Source: a bacterium
GTDB taxonomy: Bacteria; CLD3
DNA: 62,545 nucleotides
Direction of reading: 5' to 3'
Assembly: GCA_020850775.1 (NCBI GenBank)
Contig: JADZEA010000034.1
Location: forward strand, 1 to 62,545
Shown: positions 46,892 to 55,994 of the stretch, one piece after another
Layout: the number at the start of each line of letters is the position of its first letter
How positions within the stretch are numbered: position 1 is the first letter of the stretch
Program-made: the position numbers and the translations under genes
The notes under the pieces: generated by a model
What the model was told of the DNA's origin: nothing
Databases searched by the model: none
The model's input: only the letters and a program-made list of their open reading frames with translations

Positions 46892-47013
46892 TTTTCCAGG
46901 CAAAGTTCTCAAAAAAAATTGGGGACTTTGTTTTTTGCCACACAAAAGTTGATTTATTCGGAATTAAATTCTGCCATACTTTAGTTTAATAACGAAAAAT
47001 TAAGAATACAAAA

Positions 47014-47694
47014 ATGCAAGAAAATCCACTAATTTTGATTGTTGATGACAGCATTGACAATATTAATCTGATAGAACTTTACATCACGGATTTTGGTTAT
47101 AATTTCTTTTCAACGATTGATTCATTAGAAGTTTTTGATTTAATAAATTTTCAATTGCCGGATTTAATTTTGCTTGATTACCACATGCCAAAGCAAAACG
47201 GTCTTGAAATTTTACAAAAACTTAAAGGAAATCCTGAGTTTTCCTCAATTCCTGTTGTTATGGTTACTGCTGAGACAAGCTCAAAAACTCTTTCCGAATG
47301 CCTTAGAAACGGAGCTGTTGATTACATTAAAAAGCCCGTGAACAAACTTGAACTAAAAGCAAGAATTGAATCGGTTTTGAAAATCCAAACCCTTACAAAA
47401 CAATTGATTGAAGCTGAAAAAGTCTCTACTTTCGCTGCAATGTCAGTTACTACAAACCACGAAATTAACCAACCTTTGACAGTTCTGGTAGGACACACTC
47501 AAATCTTGCGTGTTTTAGTTAAAAGTGGAAAATTATCGGTGGAAGCCATTGAAAAACACATTGATTCCATTGAAAAATCTGCTAAAAAAATCATTGAAAC
47601 ACTTAATAAATTACGTGAAATAGAAAAACCCGAATTTAAAGATTACATTGAAGGGATAAAAATGATTGACCTTCACAAGAATAACCGAACTTAA
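47014..47694 (+). CDS. Response regulator receiver fused to a HisKA-like DHp domain (no ATPase domain)
   Basis: REC domain: ILIVDDS...DLILLDYHMP...VVMVTA...DYIKKP. It is followed by the H-box NHEINQPLTVLVGHTQIL and one more helix, and the ORF ends at 226 aa. Confidence 0.85.
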   Translation: MQENPLILIVDDSIDNINLIELYITDFGYNFFSTIDSLEVFDLINFQLPDLILLDYHMPKQNGLEILQKLKGNPEFSSIPVVMVTAETSSKTLSECLRNGAVDYIKKPVNKLELKARIESVLKIQTLTKQLIEAEKVSTFAAMSVTTNHEINQPLTVLVGHTQILRVLVKSGKLSVEAIEKHIDSIEKSAKKIIETLNKLREIEKPEFKDYIEGIKMIDLHKNNRT

Positions 47695-48782
47695 TTTTTC
47701 GCAAAGATTTTACCGGGAAATTGTTTGATAATTCCTTTAAGTTCAAGTGCTAAAGCAATTGTCAGGCACTTAAAAACAGGAATTTTTGTCTGTTCAGCAA
47801 TAAAATCAATGTGAGAACCATTTGGAGAAAGTGAACTGACTAAAAGCTCTTCCTCAGGTAAAAGCTGGATAAAAACAGAGGTTTGTTTTTGCTCTTTTTG
47901 TTTTGTGTTAAAATAAAATTCCAGTTCGCTAACGATGTCTTCAGCTTTTGTTATGAGTTTTGCACCAAACTGAATCAATTGGTTTGTTCCGGAACTTTTT
48001 GGCGAATTAATAGGTCCGGGAACTGCAAAAACCTCTTTTCCTTGTTCCAAAGCGATGTCAGCAGTAATTTTTGCTCCACTTTTCATTCCAGCTTCAATAA
48101 CTACAACTCCGAGAGACATTCCACTGACAATTCTGTTTCTGACAGGGAAATTTCTTGAATCAGGTTTGGTGCCAAAAAAGAATTCAGAAACAATTGCTCC
48201 ACCATTTTCAATGATTTTTTCAACGATTCTCAGGTTTTCTGAGGGATAAATTACGTCAAGTCCCGAACCAAGAACAGCAACGGTTTTTCCTTTTTTTTCA
48301 AGTGTAAAGTTGTGGGCAACAGAATCGATTCCACGAGCAAAACCACTTACAATTGTGCAATTTTTTTCAATGAGTTCACCAACAATTTTTTCTGTTGCAA
48401 ATTTTCCGTAAACAGTTGGGCTTCGTGTTCCAACAATTGCAATTGGAATGTTTTTAACTTGTGGAAGTTCGCCAAAAACGAACAGAATTGCAGGAGCAGA
48501 AGGAATTTCTTTCAATAAAACCGGAAATTCATCGCTCCAAAAATGAACGACTTTTGCTTGTGTTTTTTCAAGTGTTTTTAATTGGTTTTCAAGCAATTTT
48601 TCGGAATCAAAACTAAGGATTTTTTGGGCAGTGGCTTCGTCAATTCCATTAATTTGTGAAATTTCAGAAACAGAAGCTTTAAAAACGTTTTCAGGGAATG
48701 AAAATTTATCAATTAGTTTACGAATGCGGGTTGGACCAATTGAAGGAATAAGGCTGAGTTTCAGTAGTTTTTCAATGTTCAT
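47691..48782 (-). CDS. dprA: DNA-processing protein DprA
   Basis: IAIVGTRSPTVYG, GFARGIDSVAH and GAKITADIALEQGKEVFAVPG. Confidence 0.92.
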   Translation of the reverse strand: MNIEKLLKLSLIPSIGPTRIRKLIDKFSFPENVFKASVSEISQINGIDEATAQKILSFDSEKLLENQLKTLEKTQAKVVHFWSDEFPVLLKEIPSAPAILFVFGELPQVKNIPIAIVGTRSPTVYGKFATEKIVGELIEKNCTIVSGFARGIDSVAHNFTLEKKGKTVAVLGSGLDVIYPSENLRIVEKIIENGGAIVSEFFFGTKPDSRNFPVRNRIVSGMSLGVVVIEAGMKSGAKITADIALEQGKEVFAVPGPINSPKSSGTNQLIQFGAKLITKAEDIVSELEFYFNTKQKEQKQTSVFIQLLPEEELLVSSLSPNGSHIDFIAEQTKIPVFKCLTIALALELKGIIKQFPGKIFAKN

Positions 48783-49135
48783 TAAGTTTGTGTTTTCAGG
48801 TAAAAATCAGGTTTTAAATTTTTAATCAAACAATTTAAATTGAAAAAATAAAAAAAGCCCCATAAAAATTCGGATAGTTTTTAGAAATCTTTGGACTCAA
48901 AAATTGGACTAAAAAAGTTTGAGCTTCAGGATTTTAAAATATCTCAAAAAATTATGAGGCATTAGCAACAAACATTAATTTAAACTTTATTTTCAGGCTC
49001 GCTTATTCCCTAAAAAGTAATTTTTATTTTAAGCAATTTTAAAGGAGACCAAATCAATAAATTTTATTTACATTCAAAACTAAATAAATTATTTTGCTAC
49101 TTAAAAGAAATTTAATTTTTTGGAGGATTAAGGGA

Positions 49136-49819
49136 ATGACGGATGTTATTGTTCAACTTAGAAGAATTCCAATCTTTGCAGACCTTTCTCAATTTGATTT
49201 GGATAAAATTGCATCTCTTGTAACCATTCAGCATTGCAAAAAAGACAGTTTAATTTTTCTTGAAGAAGACATGGGAAGAGTTCTTTTTATGATTGGAAAA
49301 GGAAAGGTTAAGGTTTCACAAGTAAATGACGATGGAAAGGAAGTTATACTTTCTATTTTATTGCAGGGAAATTTCTTTGGTGAAATGGCTTTACTTGACG
49401 GAAGTGCAAGAAGTGCAACTGTAACTTCTCTGACTGATTCAGAACTTTTAATCTTACGCAGAGGTGATTTCCTGAACCTTTTGGAAGAGTATCCAAAAGT
49501 TACAATCAATTTGTTAAAGGAACTCACTAAAAGAATACGTCAGTCCGACTCCCAAATCAAAAGTCTTTCCCTCAAAAATGCGACGGGAAAAGTCGCTCAC
49601 GTGATTTTGAGGCTTGCAGAAGACACAGGAATTATTAAAGGGAATTCAATTGAAGTTAGCGGCTTACCAATGCAACAAGACATTGCAAACATGGCCGGAA
49701 CTTCACGTGAGACCGTTTCCAGAGTGCTTTCTAAATTATCCGAAAGTAAATTGATTATTAAAAAGGGAGGCAAAATTACGATTCTTGACATCAACAGGTA
49801 CCGTAATTTTTTTGCTTAA
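49136..49819 (+). CDS. Crp/Fnr family transcriptional regulator
   Basis: cNMP-binding fold (FFGEMALLDGSARSATV) and a C-terminal HTH (QDIANMAGTSRETVSRVLSKL). I prefer the ATG at 49136, which follows GGAGG, over the TTG at 49094. Confidence 0.9.
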   Translation: MTDVIVQLRRIPIFADLSQFDLDKIASLVTIQHCKKDSLIFLEEDMGRVLFMIGKGKVKVSQVNDDGKEVILSILLQGNFFGEMALLDGSARSATVTSLTDSELLILRRGDFLNLLEEYPKVTINLLKELTKRIRQSDSQIKSLSLKNATGKVAHVILRLAEDTGIIKGNSIEVSGLPMQQDIANMAGTSRETVSRVLSKLSESKLIIKKGGKITILDINRYRNFFA

Positions 49820-49852
49820 ACTTAGCTTTTTCTTAAAATTCTGAGGAACAAA

Positions 49853-50098
49853 ATGCTAAACAAAACAATTCTTGCTCTGCCAACTGCAATCGTTAGTTTA
49901 TTGGGAATTTTTTATTCGTTTTTCTTGAGTTCACAAGATTTTGTCGTTATTGGTTGTTTTGCTGTAATTTTATTCCGTTCAGTTGTTGGGCTTCTTGCAA
50001 AAGAACCTGATTTTTATGAAGATGAAACAATTTTTGAAACTCCTCTTCCTCAGGAAGAACCTTTTGGGGAAGAAGACAATGAAGAGAAAAAAAACTAA
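49853..50098 (+). CDS. Small membrane protein with an acidic tail (hypothetical)
   Basis: 81-aa ORF with two hydrophobic segments and a D/E-rich C-terminus. Confidence 0.5.
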   Translation: MLNKTILALPTAIVSLLGIFYSFFLSSQDFVVIGCFAVILFRSVVGLLAKEPDFYEDETIFETPLPQEEPFGEEDNEEKKN

Positions 50099-50275
50099 AA
50101 AACTTCAGTGTTTTAAATTATCAATTTCCGCCAGCCAGCCAAAAAAACTTTCAATCAGGTATTAAAAATTTAAGATTAAAAAGCTACAGGCAAAATCTCA
50201 TTTTTGGCTTTGTTTAAGTTTTTTTAAGTCTTAAATTTTCATCAAAATATTGGTCCCAAAAAAACAGGTATAAAA

Positions 50276-52003
50276 ATGAAAAACTTTACGAAACTATTTT
50301 TAGTTTTTAGTTTTTTCTTTGGTTGTGCGGAAAAACAAAAAACCGAAACCACAACTGAAACAAAAACAGTAGTTCCACTAATTGAAACAGCTAAAAAACC
50401 ACAATTCGTAAACATTGCGGAAAAAGCAGGGATTACCGCAAAAAATATCAATGGAGCAGAATTTGACAAGGTTTTTTTGATTGAAGCAACTAACGGAGGT
50501 TGTGGATTTTTTGATTTTGACGGAGATGGTTTGTTAGACGTTTACCTGACCAACGGACAACTTTTGGATAATTCTTCAAAAGCAGGAAACAGCCTTTACA
50601 AAAATAATGGTAACGGAACTTTCACAGACGTAAGCGAAAAATCTAAAACGAATTCCAAAAAATGGTCAATGGGAGTTTGTGCGGCGGATTATGATTCTGA
50701 CGGAGACTTGGATATTTACGTTACAAATTATGGCGAAAACGAACTTTTCCAAAATAACGGTGATGGAACTTTTACTGAAGTTGCTAAAAAAGCAGGAATA
50801 AACGTTGGTGGCTGGAGCACCGGAGCAGCTTTTGGTGATTACGATAACGACGGAGACCTTGACCTTTACGTCGCAAATTACGTCGCTTTTAATCCAAAAA
50901 CAGACCCGAAACCGGGCGAAATTAAGTTTGGAAAATGGAAGGGAATACCTGTAATTGTTGGTCCGCAAGGGCTTCAGGGTGAACCTGATTATTTTTTTGA
51001 AAACAACGGCGACGGAACTTTTACCGACAAAACAAAAGAAGCAAACCTCGTTGACAAAAATAATTACTACGGTTTTAGCGTTGTTTGGGAAGATTTGGAC
51101 GAAGACGGCTGGCTTGACCTTTACATCGCAAACGACTCAAATCCAAACTACGTTTACTTTAATCAAAAAAATAAGACTTTCGTTGAAAGTGGCGTTTTTA
51201 GTGGAATTGCTTACAACGAAGAAGGAAAAGAACAAGCAGGAATGGGAGTTGCACTTGACGATTTTGACGGCGACAAAAAACCTGATATTTTTGTAACAAA
51301 CTTTTCTGACGACACAAACACACTTTACAAAAACGAAGGTAACAGACTTTTTACAGACCTGACTTACCAGGCAAATCTCGGTGAAAGTTCGCTAAAATAT
51401 CTTGCCTGGGGAACAGATTTTTTTGATTACGACAATGACGGAGACAAAGATATTTTTGTTTCTAACGGTCATCTTTACCCACAAGCGGAAAAATTTGATT
51501 TTAACACGAAGTTTTTACAGGAAAACCAACTTTATGAAAATCTTGGAAACCTGAAGTTTAAAGAAGTTACTGAACTTGTCAGTCTTCAGGAACGCAAGTC
51601 AAGTCGCGGAGCAGCTTTTGGCGATTTTGACAACGACGGAGACGTTGATGTTTTGGTTTTGAACTTGAATGATTTTCCAAATCTTTTGCAAAATGAAGGT
51701 GGAAACACACAAAACTGGCTTTCTGTTGAGCTTGTTGGTGAAGGGAAAAATACTTTTGCAGTTGGTTCGGTTGTGAAGGTTGAAACGGGAGAAATTCACT
51801 CGCGAAATTCTGTTCAGGCAGGAGCAAGTTTTATTTCTCAAAATGATTACCGTTTACATTTTGGGCTTGGAACAAACAAAGAAGCAGAGAAATTGGAAGT
51901 GGTCTGGGCTTCATCAAACAAGAAGTCAAGTTTTGAAAAAATTCCTGCAAATTCGTTTGTAAAAATTTTTGAAAACGGAAAGATTGACATTAAACAAAGA
52001 TAA
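50276..52003 (+). CDS. FG-GAP/VCBS repeat lipoprotein with an ASPIC/UnbV-like C-terminus (CRTAC1 family)
   Basis: Lipobox FFFGCA. Repeated D.D.DGD.D(I/L)(Y/F)V.N motifs occur at least 7 times. The C-terminal SQND..LHFGLG motif is present. Confidence 0.85.
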   Translation: MKNFTKLFLVFSFFFGCAEKQKTETTTETKTVVPLIETAKKPQFVNIAEKAGITAKNINGAEFDKVFLIEATNGGCGFFDFDGDGLLDVYLTNGQLLDNSSKAGNSLYKNNGNGTFTDVSEKSKTNSKKWSMGVCAADYDSDGDLDIYVTNYGENELFQNNGDGTFTEVAKKAGINVGGWSTGAAFGDYDNDGDLDLYVANYVAFNPKTDPKPGEIKFGKWKGIPVIVGPQGLQGEPDYFFENNGDGTFTDKTKEANLVDKNNYYGFSVVWEDLDEDGWLDLYIANDSNPNYVYFNQKNKTFVESGVFSGIAYNEEGKEQAGMGVALDDFDGDKKPDIFVTNFSDDTNTLYKNEGNRLFTDLTYQANLGESSLKYLAWGTDFFDYDNDGDKDIFVSNGHLYPQAEKFDFNTKFLQENQLYENLGNLKFKEVTELVSLQERKSSRGAAFGDFDNDGDVDVLVLNLNDFPNLLQNEGGNTQNWLSVELVGEGKNTFAVGSVVKVETGEIHSRNSVQAGASFISQNDYRLHFGLGTNKEAEKLEVVWASSNKKSSFEKIPANSFVKIFENGKIDIKQR

Positions 52004-52043
52004 CATTAGATTTAAGTAGAATTTTGGAAAACAGGAAAATTTT

Positions 52044-53147
52044 ATGAATAAAAAGATTTTGTCAATAACATTTTTAATGTTTGTAGTTTTATCAAACTTG
52101 GCTTTTGCCGCAAGACCAACCGGTTTCAGAAAAACGGACGTGAGAGCAATTGGAGCAGGAAACGCAGGAATTGCGAATGACAGGTACAATTCAGCTTTTA
52201 TTTTTAATCCTTCGCTTTTGAAGTACAAACTCACCGAACACTTTGAACTCATCAATTCAAACATTGGAATCAGCAACAACTATAAAAGTTTGGTGGATTT
52301 TTTGGATAACAATAAAACCAACCTGACTAATTTTTCAACACTTAGCAACTCAGCACAAACAAACTTAATCAATAATTTTAATAAGCACGGAAACCACTCT
52401 GAAAGAATTAGTAATTCTTTTATGATTCTTTTTACAAGAAAAGATTTTGCACACGCTTTGTTTGTTGAATCAAGTTTTGCAATGGATGCAATTAATGGAA
52501 ATGCAACGACTTCAACTGCTCCAGGTGTTAGAACCCGTTCTCAGGTTGACTATCTTTTTGTGAACGGAAAATCTCACAGACTCTTTTACGATTTAACAAT
52601 TGGTTACAACATTAAAACTTTTCTCAGGCAGTATTCGGCAAAAGTTCAAACTGCTTCTTCGTTTTACAGTTCACCTTTTGACAAAGGTTTCACAAAATTT
52701 CATTACAAACCCGGAGTTTCAGGTGATTTGGGTTTGACTTACAGACCTGGTCAGGTAATGCGTGAAAAACTTCTTCTAAGTGCAGCTTGTGAGGATGTTT
52801 TGGGAATTTATGACAGTAAAAAAATTAAGGAAAACCTTAAAGCAGGATTTGGTTGGAAGGTTTCAGGAAAAATTACTGTTTTAGGTGAGTACAACGATAT
52901 TTTGAACAACTACAAAAAAGTTGACGGCTCAAAAGTCAAACCAGTTAACCACGTCAGAACAGGAATGGAATACTACGGAAAATGGCACAACGTCAGAGTT
53001 GGAATGCTGAACAAACAACTTACAGTTGGTTTTGGGCTACATATTTTTTGGTTTGACATTGATTACGCATTTTCTAACAGCGATATTAACAGCGTGAACA
53101 GTAAAAACAGTCCAGTTCATTTTTTTGAACTCAGAACCACTTTTTAG
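52044..53147 (+). CDS. Putative outer-membrane beta-barrel protein (FadL/PorV/TraF-like, family uncertain)
   Basis: Signal peptide, an N-terminal RAIGAGNAGIA motif, alternating strand pattern, and a C-terminus ending ...FFELRTTF. Confidence 0.6.
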   Translation: MNKKILSITFLMFVVLSNLAFAARPTGFRKTDVRAIGAGNAGIANDRYNSAFIFNPSLLKYKLTEHFELINSNIGISNNYKSLVDFLDNNKTNLTNFSTLSNSAQTNLINNFNKHGNHSERISNSFMILFTRKDFAHALFVESSFAMDAINGNATTSTAPGVRTRSQVDYLFVNGKSHRLFYDLTIGYNIKTFLRQYSAKVQTASSFYSSPFDKGFTKFHYKPGVSGDLGLTYRPGQVMREKLLLSAACEDVLGIYDSKKIKENLKAGFGWKVSGKITVLGEYNDILNNYKKVDGSKVKPVNHVRTGMEYYGKWHNVRVGMLNKQLTVGFGLHIFWFDIDYAFSNSDINSVNSKNSPVHFFELRTTF

Positions 53148-53159
53148 GGAAAGATAAAA

Positions 53160-55103
53160 ATGAAAATTTTTCTGATTTTATTCGTTTTGTTTGTTGGTTG
53201 CAACCCTGCTTTGCAAGAAATTCACAGACAAAGATTACCAAAATCATACTTGCGTCAGTTAGACCAAAACACAGCAATTGATGTTGAACCTGCCTGGTCG
53301 CCTTTAGGAAATGAGTTTGTTTTTTCTTCTGACCGTTCGGGAAACTATGATATTTGGAGGCTTGATTTGGAAGGAAAATTAAGCCAGATTACAAGTTCTG
53401 CGAACAACGAAAGAAATCCTGATTGGTCTCAGGACGGGAAAAAAATTGTTTACGAGGTTTCACAAGCTAAAAAATCATACTTTGAAATTCTGCGGTTAAA
53501 CGGTGGCGAAAAGGAAACCATTAGCAGCGATTTGGGAAATTGTTACAATCCGGTTTGGTCACCAGACAGCAAAACAATTGCTTACAGTTCGGATAAAGGT
53601 GGAGATTTTGACATTTGGATTTACGACACACTTACAAAAACAAAGACCCAAATTACAAACGAAGAAGGCGATGAAAAAACACCTTCGTGGTCTCCTGATG
53701 GAAAAAACTTGGTTTTTACGCACAAAAAAACTAAATTTTTCAGTCTTTACACAGTGAACACCGAGAGCAGAGAAATTGTAAAACTTACAGACGGATTGGG
53801 TGACGATTCAGAACCGGAATGGTCGCCAAACGGACAGGAAATCTATTTTTCTTCGCAACGCAGAAACACACAGGGAATTTGGAAATTTGTTCTTGCCAAA
53901 AAAGAAATGAAACCCGTTAAAATCAACACTTGGCAAAACTCAAGTCCTTGTCTTGCTCCTGACGGGAAAAGAATGCTTTTCCAAAGTAATTTTAGTGGTT
54001 CGCCGGATATTTGGCTCTACAATGAAGAAGGAAGGCTTGGAGTTGTAATTCCCGAAGAACTGGCAAAAAATTACAAACCTGAGTGGACTTTTCCGGGTCT
54101 GAAAAATTATTTTTACCAAAAGAACGGACACGATTTTAATATTATGGCTGACCCAAACCTTGATTATTTTCCAACTCAACTTACAACTTCAAAGTGGTCG
54201 GAGCTTTATCCTCAATGGTCAAATGACGGTAAGAAAATAATTTATCAATCTGCACGCGGAGGACGTTTCAGAATTTGGGAAATTTCTCCAAATGGTTTGA
54301 ATGAAAAAGTTTTGACAGAAGTAAAGAACAAACAAGTTTTCCCGATTCTTTCGCCGGACAACAAGTTACTTGCTTATTTTTCTAACGAAGACCGTTATGG
54401 AAATTTATGGATTAAGAATTTGGAAGACAATAAAACTCATAAAATTGATTTAATTGGAAATGTTGAAATCACTTCGTTTTGTTTTTCTCCAACAAGCGAT
54501 AAAATTTGCTACGATTCTTATTTTAATGGAAACAGGGATATTTGGGTTGCAGATGTTTATGGAGATACTTTGACACAAATGACTCGTTCTTTGGCAAGTG
54601 ATTTTGCTCCAAAATGGTCTCCAAATGGAAATGAAATAGCTTTTCTTTCTTTTAGAGAAGGGAATTCGGATATTTTTACAATTGACGTAACAAGCCTGAA
54701 AGAAAGGCAAATTACAAATTCTAAATACGATGAAAGTGGAATTTGTTGGTCTCCAAATGGTCTTGAACTTGCTTACACTTACGAAGAGCCTGGAAATTTT
54801 GATGTTTTCACTGTTCAGTTAGAGAGCAAAAAAACAAAGAAAATTAGTGAAAGTTCTGTTCAGGATTTTTTACCGAGTTGGTCTCCTGATGGAAATAAAA
54901 TTGTTTTTCATTCTACGATTACAAACAAGGAAACGCTTTGGGTGAAATTTATTGACACGGAAAACATTAAGCAAATTACTTTTGACATTGCAGGAAACAG
55001 GCTTGTAAGTTGGGACCCTTTAGGTGAAAATTTAGTTTTTGATTCGCATTTATCAGGCAATAGCGATATTTGGTTGGTTAGGGTTAGTGATACAAGCGAA
55101 TAA
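53160..55103 (+). CDS. TolB-like PD40 (WD40-like beta-propeller) repeat lipoprotein
   Basis: Lipobox LFVGCN. More than 12 PD40 repeats are visible (P.WSPDG..I.F.S.R.G..DIW...). Confidence 0.85.
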   Translation: MKIFLILFVLFVGCNPALQEIHRQRLPKSYLRQLDQNTAIDVEPAWSPLGNEFVFSSDRSGNYDIWRLDLEGKLSQITSSANNERNPDWSQDGKKIVYEVSQAKKSYFEILRLNGGEKETISSDLGNCYNPVWSPDSKTIAYSSDKGGDFDIWIYDTLTKTKTQITNEEGDEKTPSWSPDGKNLVFTHKKTKFFSLYTVNTESREIVKLTDGLGDDSEPEWSPNGQEIYFSSQRRNTQGIWKFVLAKKEMKPVKINTWQNSSPCLAPDGKRMLFQSNFSGSPDIWLYNEEGRLGVVIPEELAKNYKPEWTFPGLKNYFYQKNGHDFNIMADPNLDYFPTQLTTSKWSELYPQWSNDGKKIIYQSARGGRFRIWEISPNGLNEKVLTEVKNKQVFPILSPDNKLLAYFSNEDRYGNLWIKNLEDNKTHKIDLIGNVEITSFCFSPTSDKICYDSYFNGNRDIWVADVYGDTLTQMTRSLASDFAPKWSPNGNEIAFLSFREGNSDIFTIDVTSLKERQITNSKYDESGICWSPNGLELAYTYEEPGNFDVFTVQLESKKTKKISESSVQDFLPSWSPDGNKIVFHSTITNKETLWVKFIDTENIKQITFDIAGNRLVSWDPLGENLVFDSHLSGNSDIWLVRVSDTSE

Positions 55104-55173
55104 TAATGTGTTGACAAGTTTAAAATTTTATTTATTTTTGTAAAACGGAAATTAATTAGAGCAGATTAAAAAT

Positions 55174-55971
55174 ATGTATCTTGATTATTGGGAACTTCAG
55201 ATAAAACCTTTTGATAACACGCCGGACCCAAAGTTTTTCTTTTTTGGAAGGGAACACGAAGAAGCTTTTTTGAGATTGGTTTACACGATTAAAGAAAACA
55301 AAGGTGCTTTTTTATTAACAGGTGAGTACGGTTGTGGAAAGACAACACTCATTAGAACGTTAATTCAAGAGTGTATTTTTTCAGGGAATTTTGAGATGGC
55401 TTTTCTTGGAAACCCTGTTTGGAAAGACAATCCTAACGAATTTTTAAAAGACATTCTTTTCGAATTAGAAAAAGAAGTCTCTGTAACAACTTCTCGTTCT
55501 GAACTGTTGAGAATGATTGGTGATGCTTTGATGCAAAATGCAGCTTCGGGAAAAAACACGATTTTAATAATTGATGAAGCACAATTAATTGAAGATGATA
55601 AAATTTTTGAGTACATCAGGCTGCTTTTAAACTATCAGCTTGATGACAGGAATTTGCTGACAATTATTCTTGTAGGACAGCCCGATTTGAGGGAAAAAGT
55701 TATGAACTTTCCACAATTAGACCAAAGAGTTGGGATTAAGTATCACCTTCACACTTTGGACAGAGAAGAAACGGAACAATACATTTTGCACAGGTTAAAA
55801 GTAGCAGGAACAGAAAAAATTATTTTTGAACAAGATGCAATTGATGAAATTTATAAATCTTCCTTTGGCACACCAAGAAGAATCAATAATATTTGTGACC
55901 TTGCTTTATTTACCGGTTCACAAAAAGGTCTAAAAGAAATTAACTCTAAAATCATTAATGCTGTAATTTAA
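55174..55971 (+). CDS. ExeA-family AAA ATPase (ATPase module only)
   Basis: Walker A GEYGCGKTT, Walker B ILIIDEAQ, and GTPRRINNICD near the C-terminus. Length is 265 aa. Confidence 0.8.
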   Translation: MYLDYWELQIKPFDNTPDPKFFFFGREHEEAFLRLVYTIKENKGAFLLTGEYGCGKTTLIRTLIQECIFSGNFEMAFLGNPVWKDNPNEFLKDILFELEKEVSVTTSRSELLRMIGDALMQNAASGKNTILIIDEAQLIEDDKIFEYIRLLLNYQLDDRNLLTIILVGQPDLREKVMNFPQLDQRVGIKYHLHTLDREETEQYILHRLKVAGTEKIIFEQDAIDEIYKSSFGTPRRINNICDLALFTGSQKGLKEINSKIINAVI

Positions 55972-55994
55972 GGATTTTAAGAAGGCAAAAAAAT

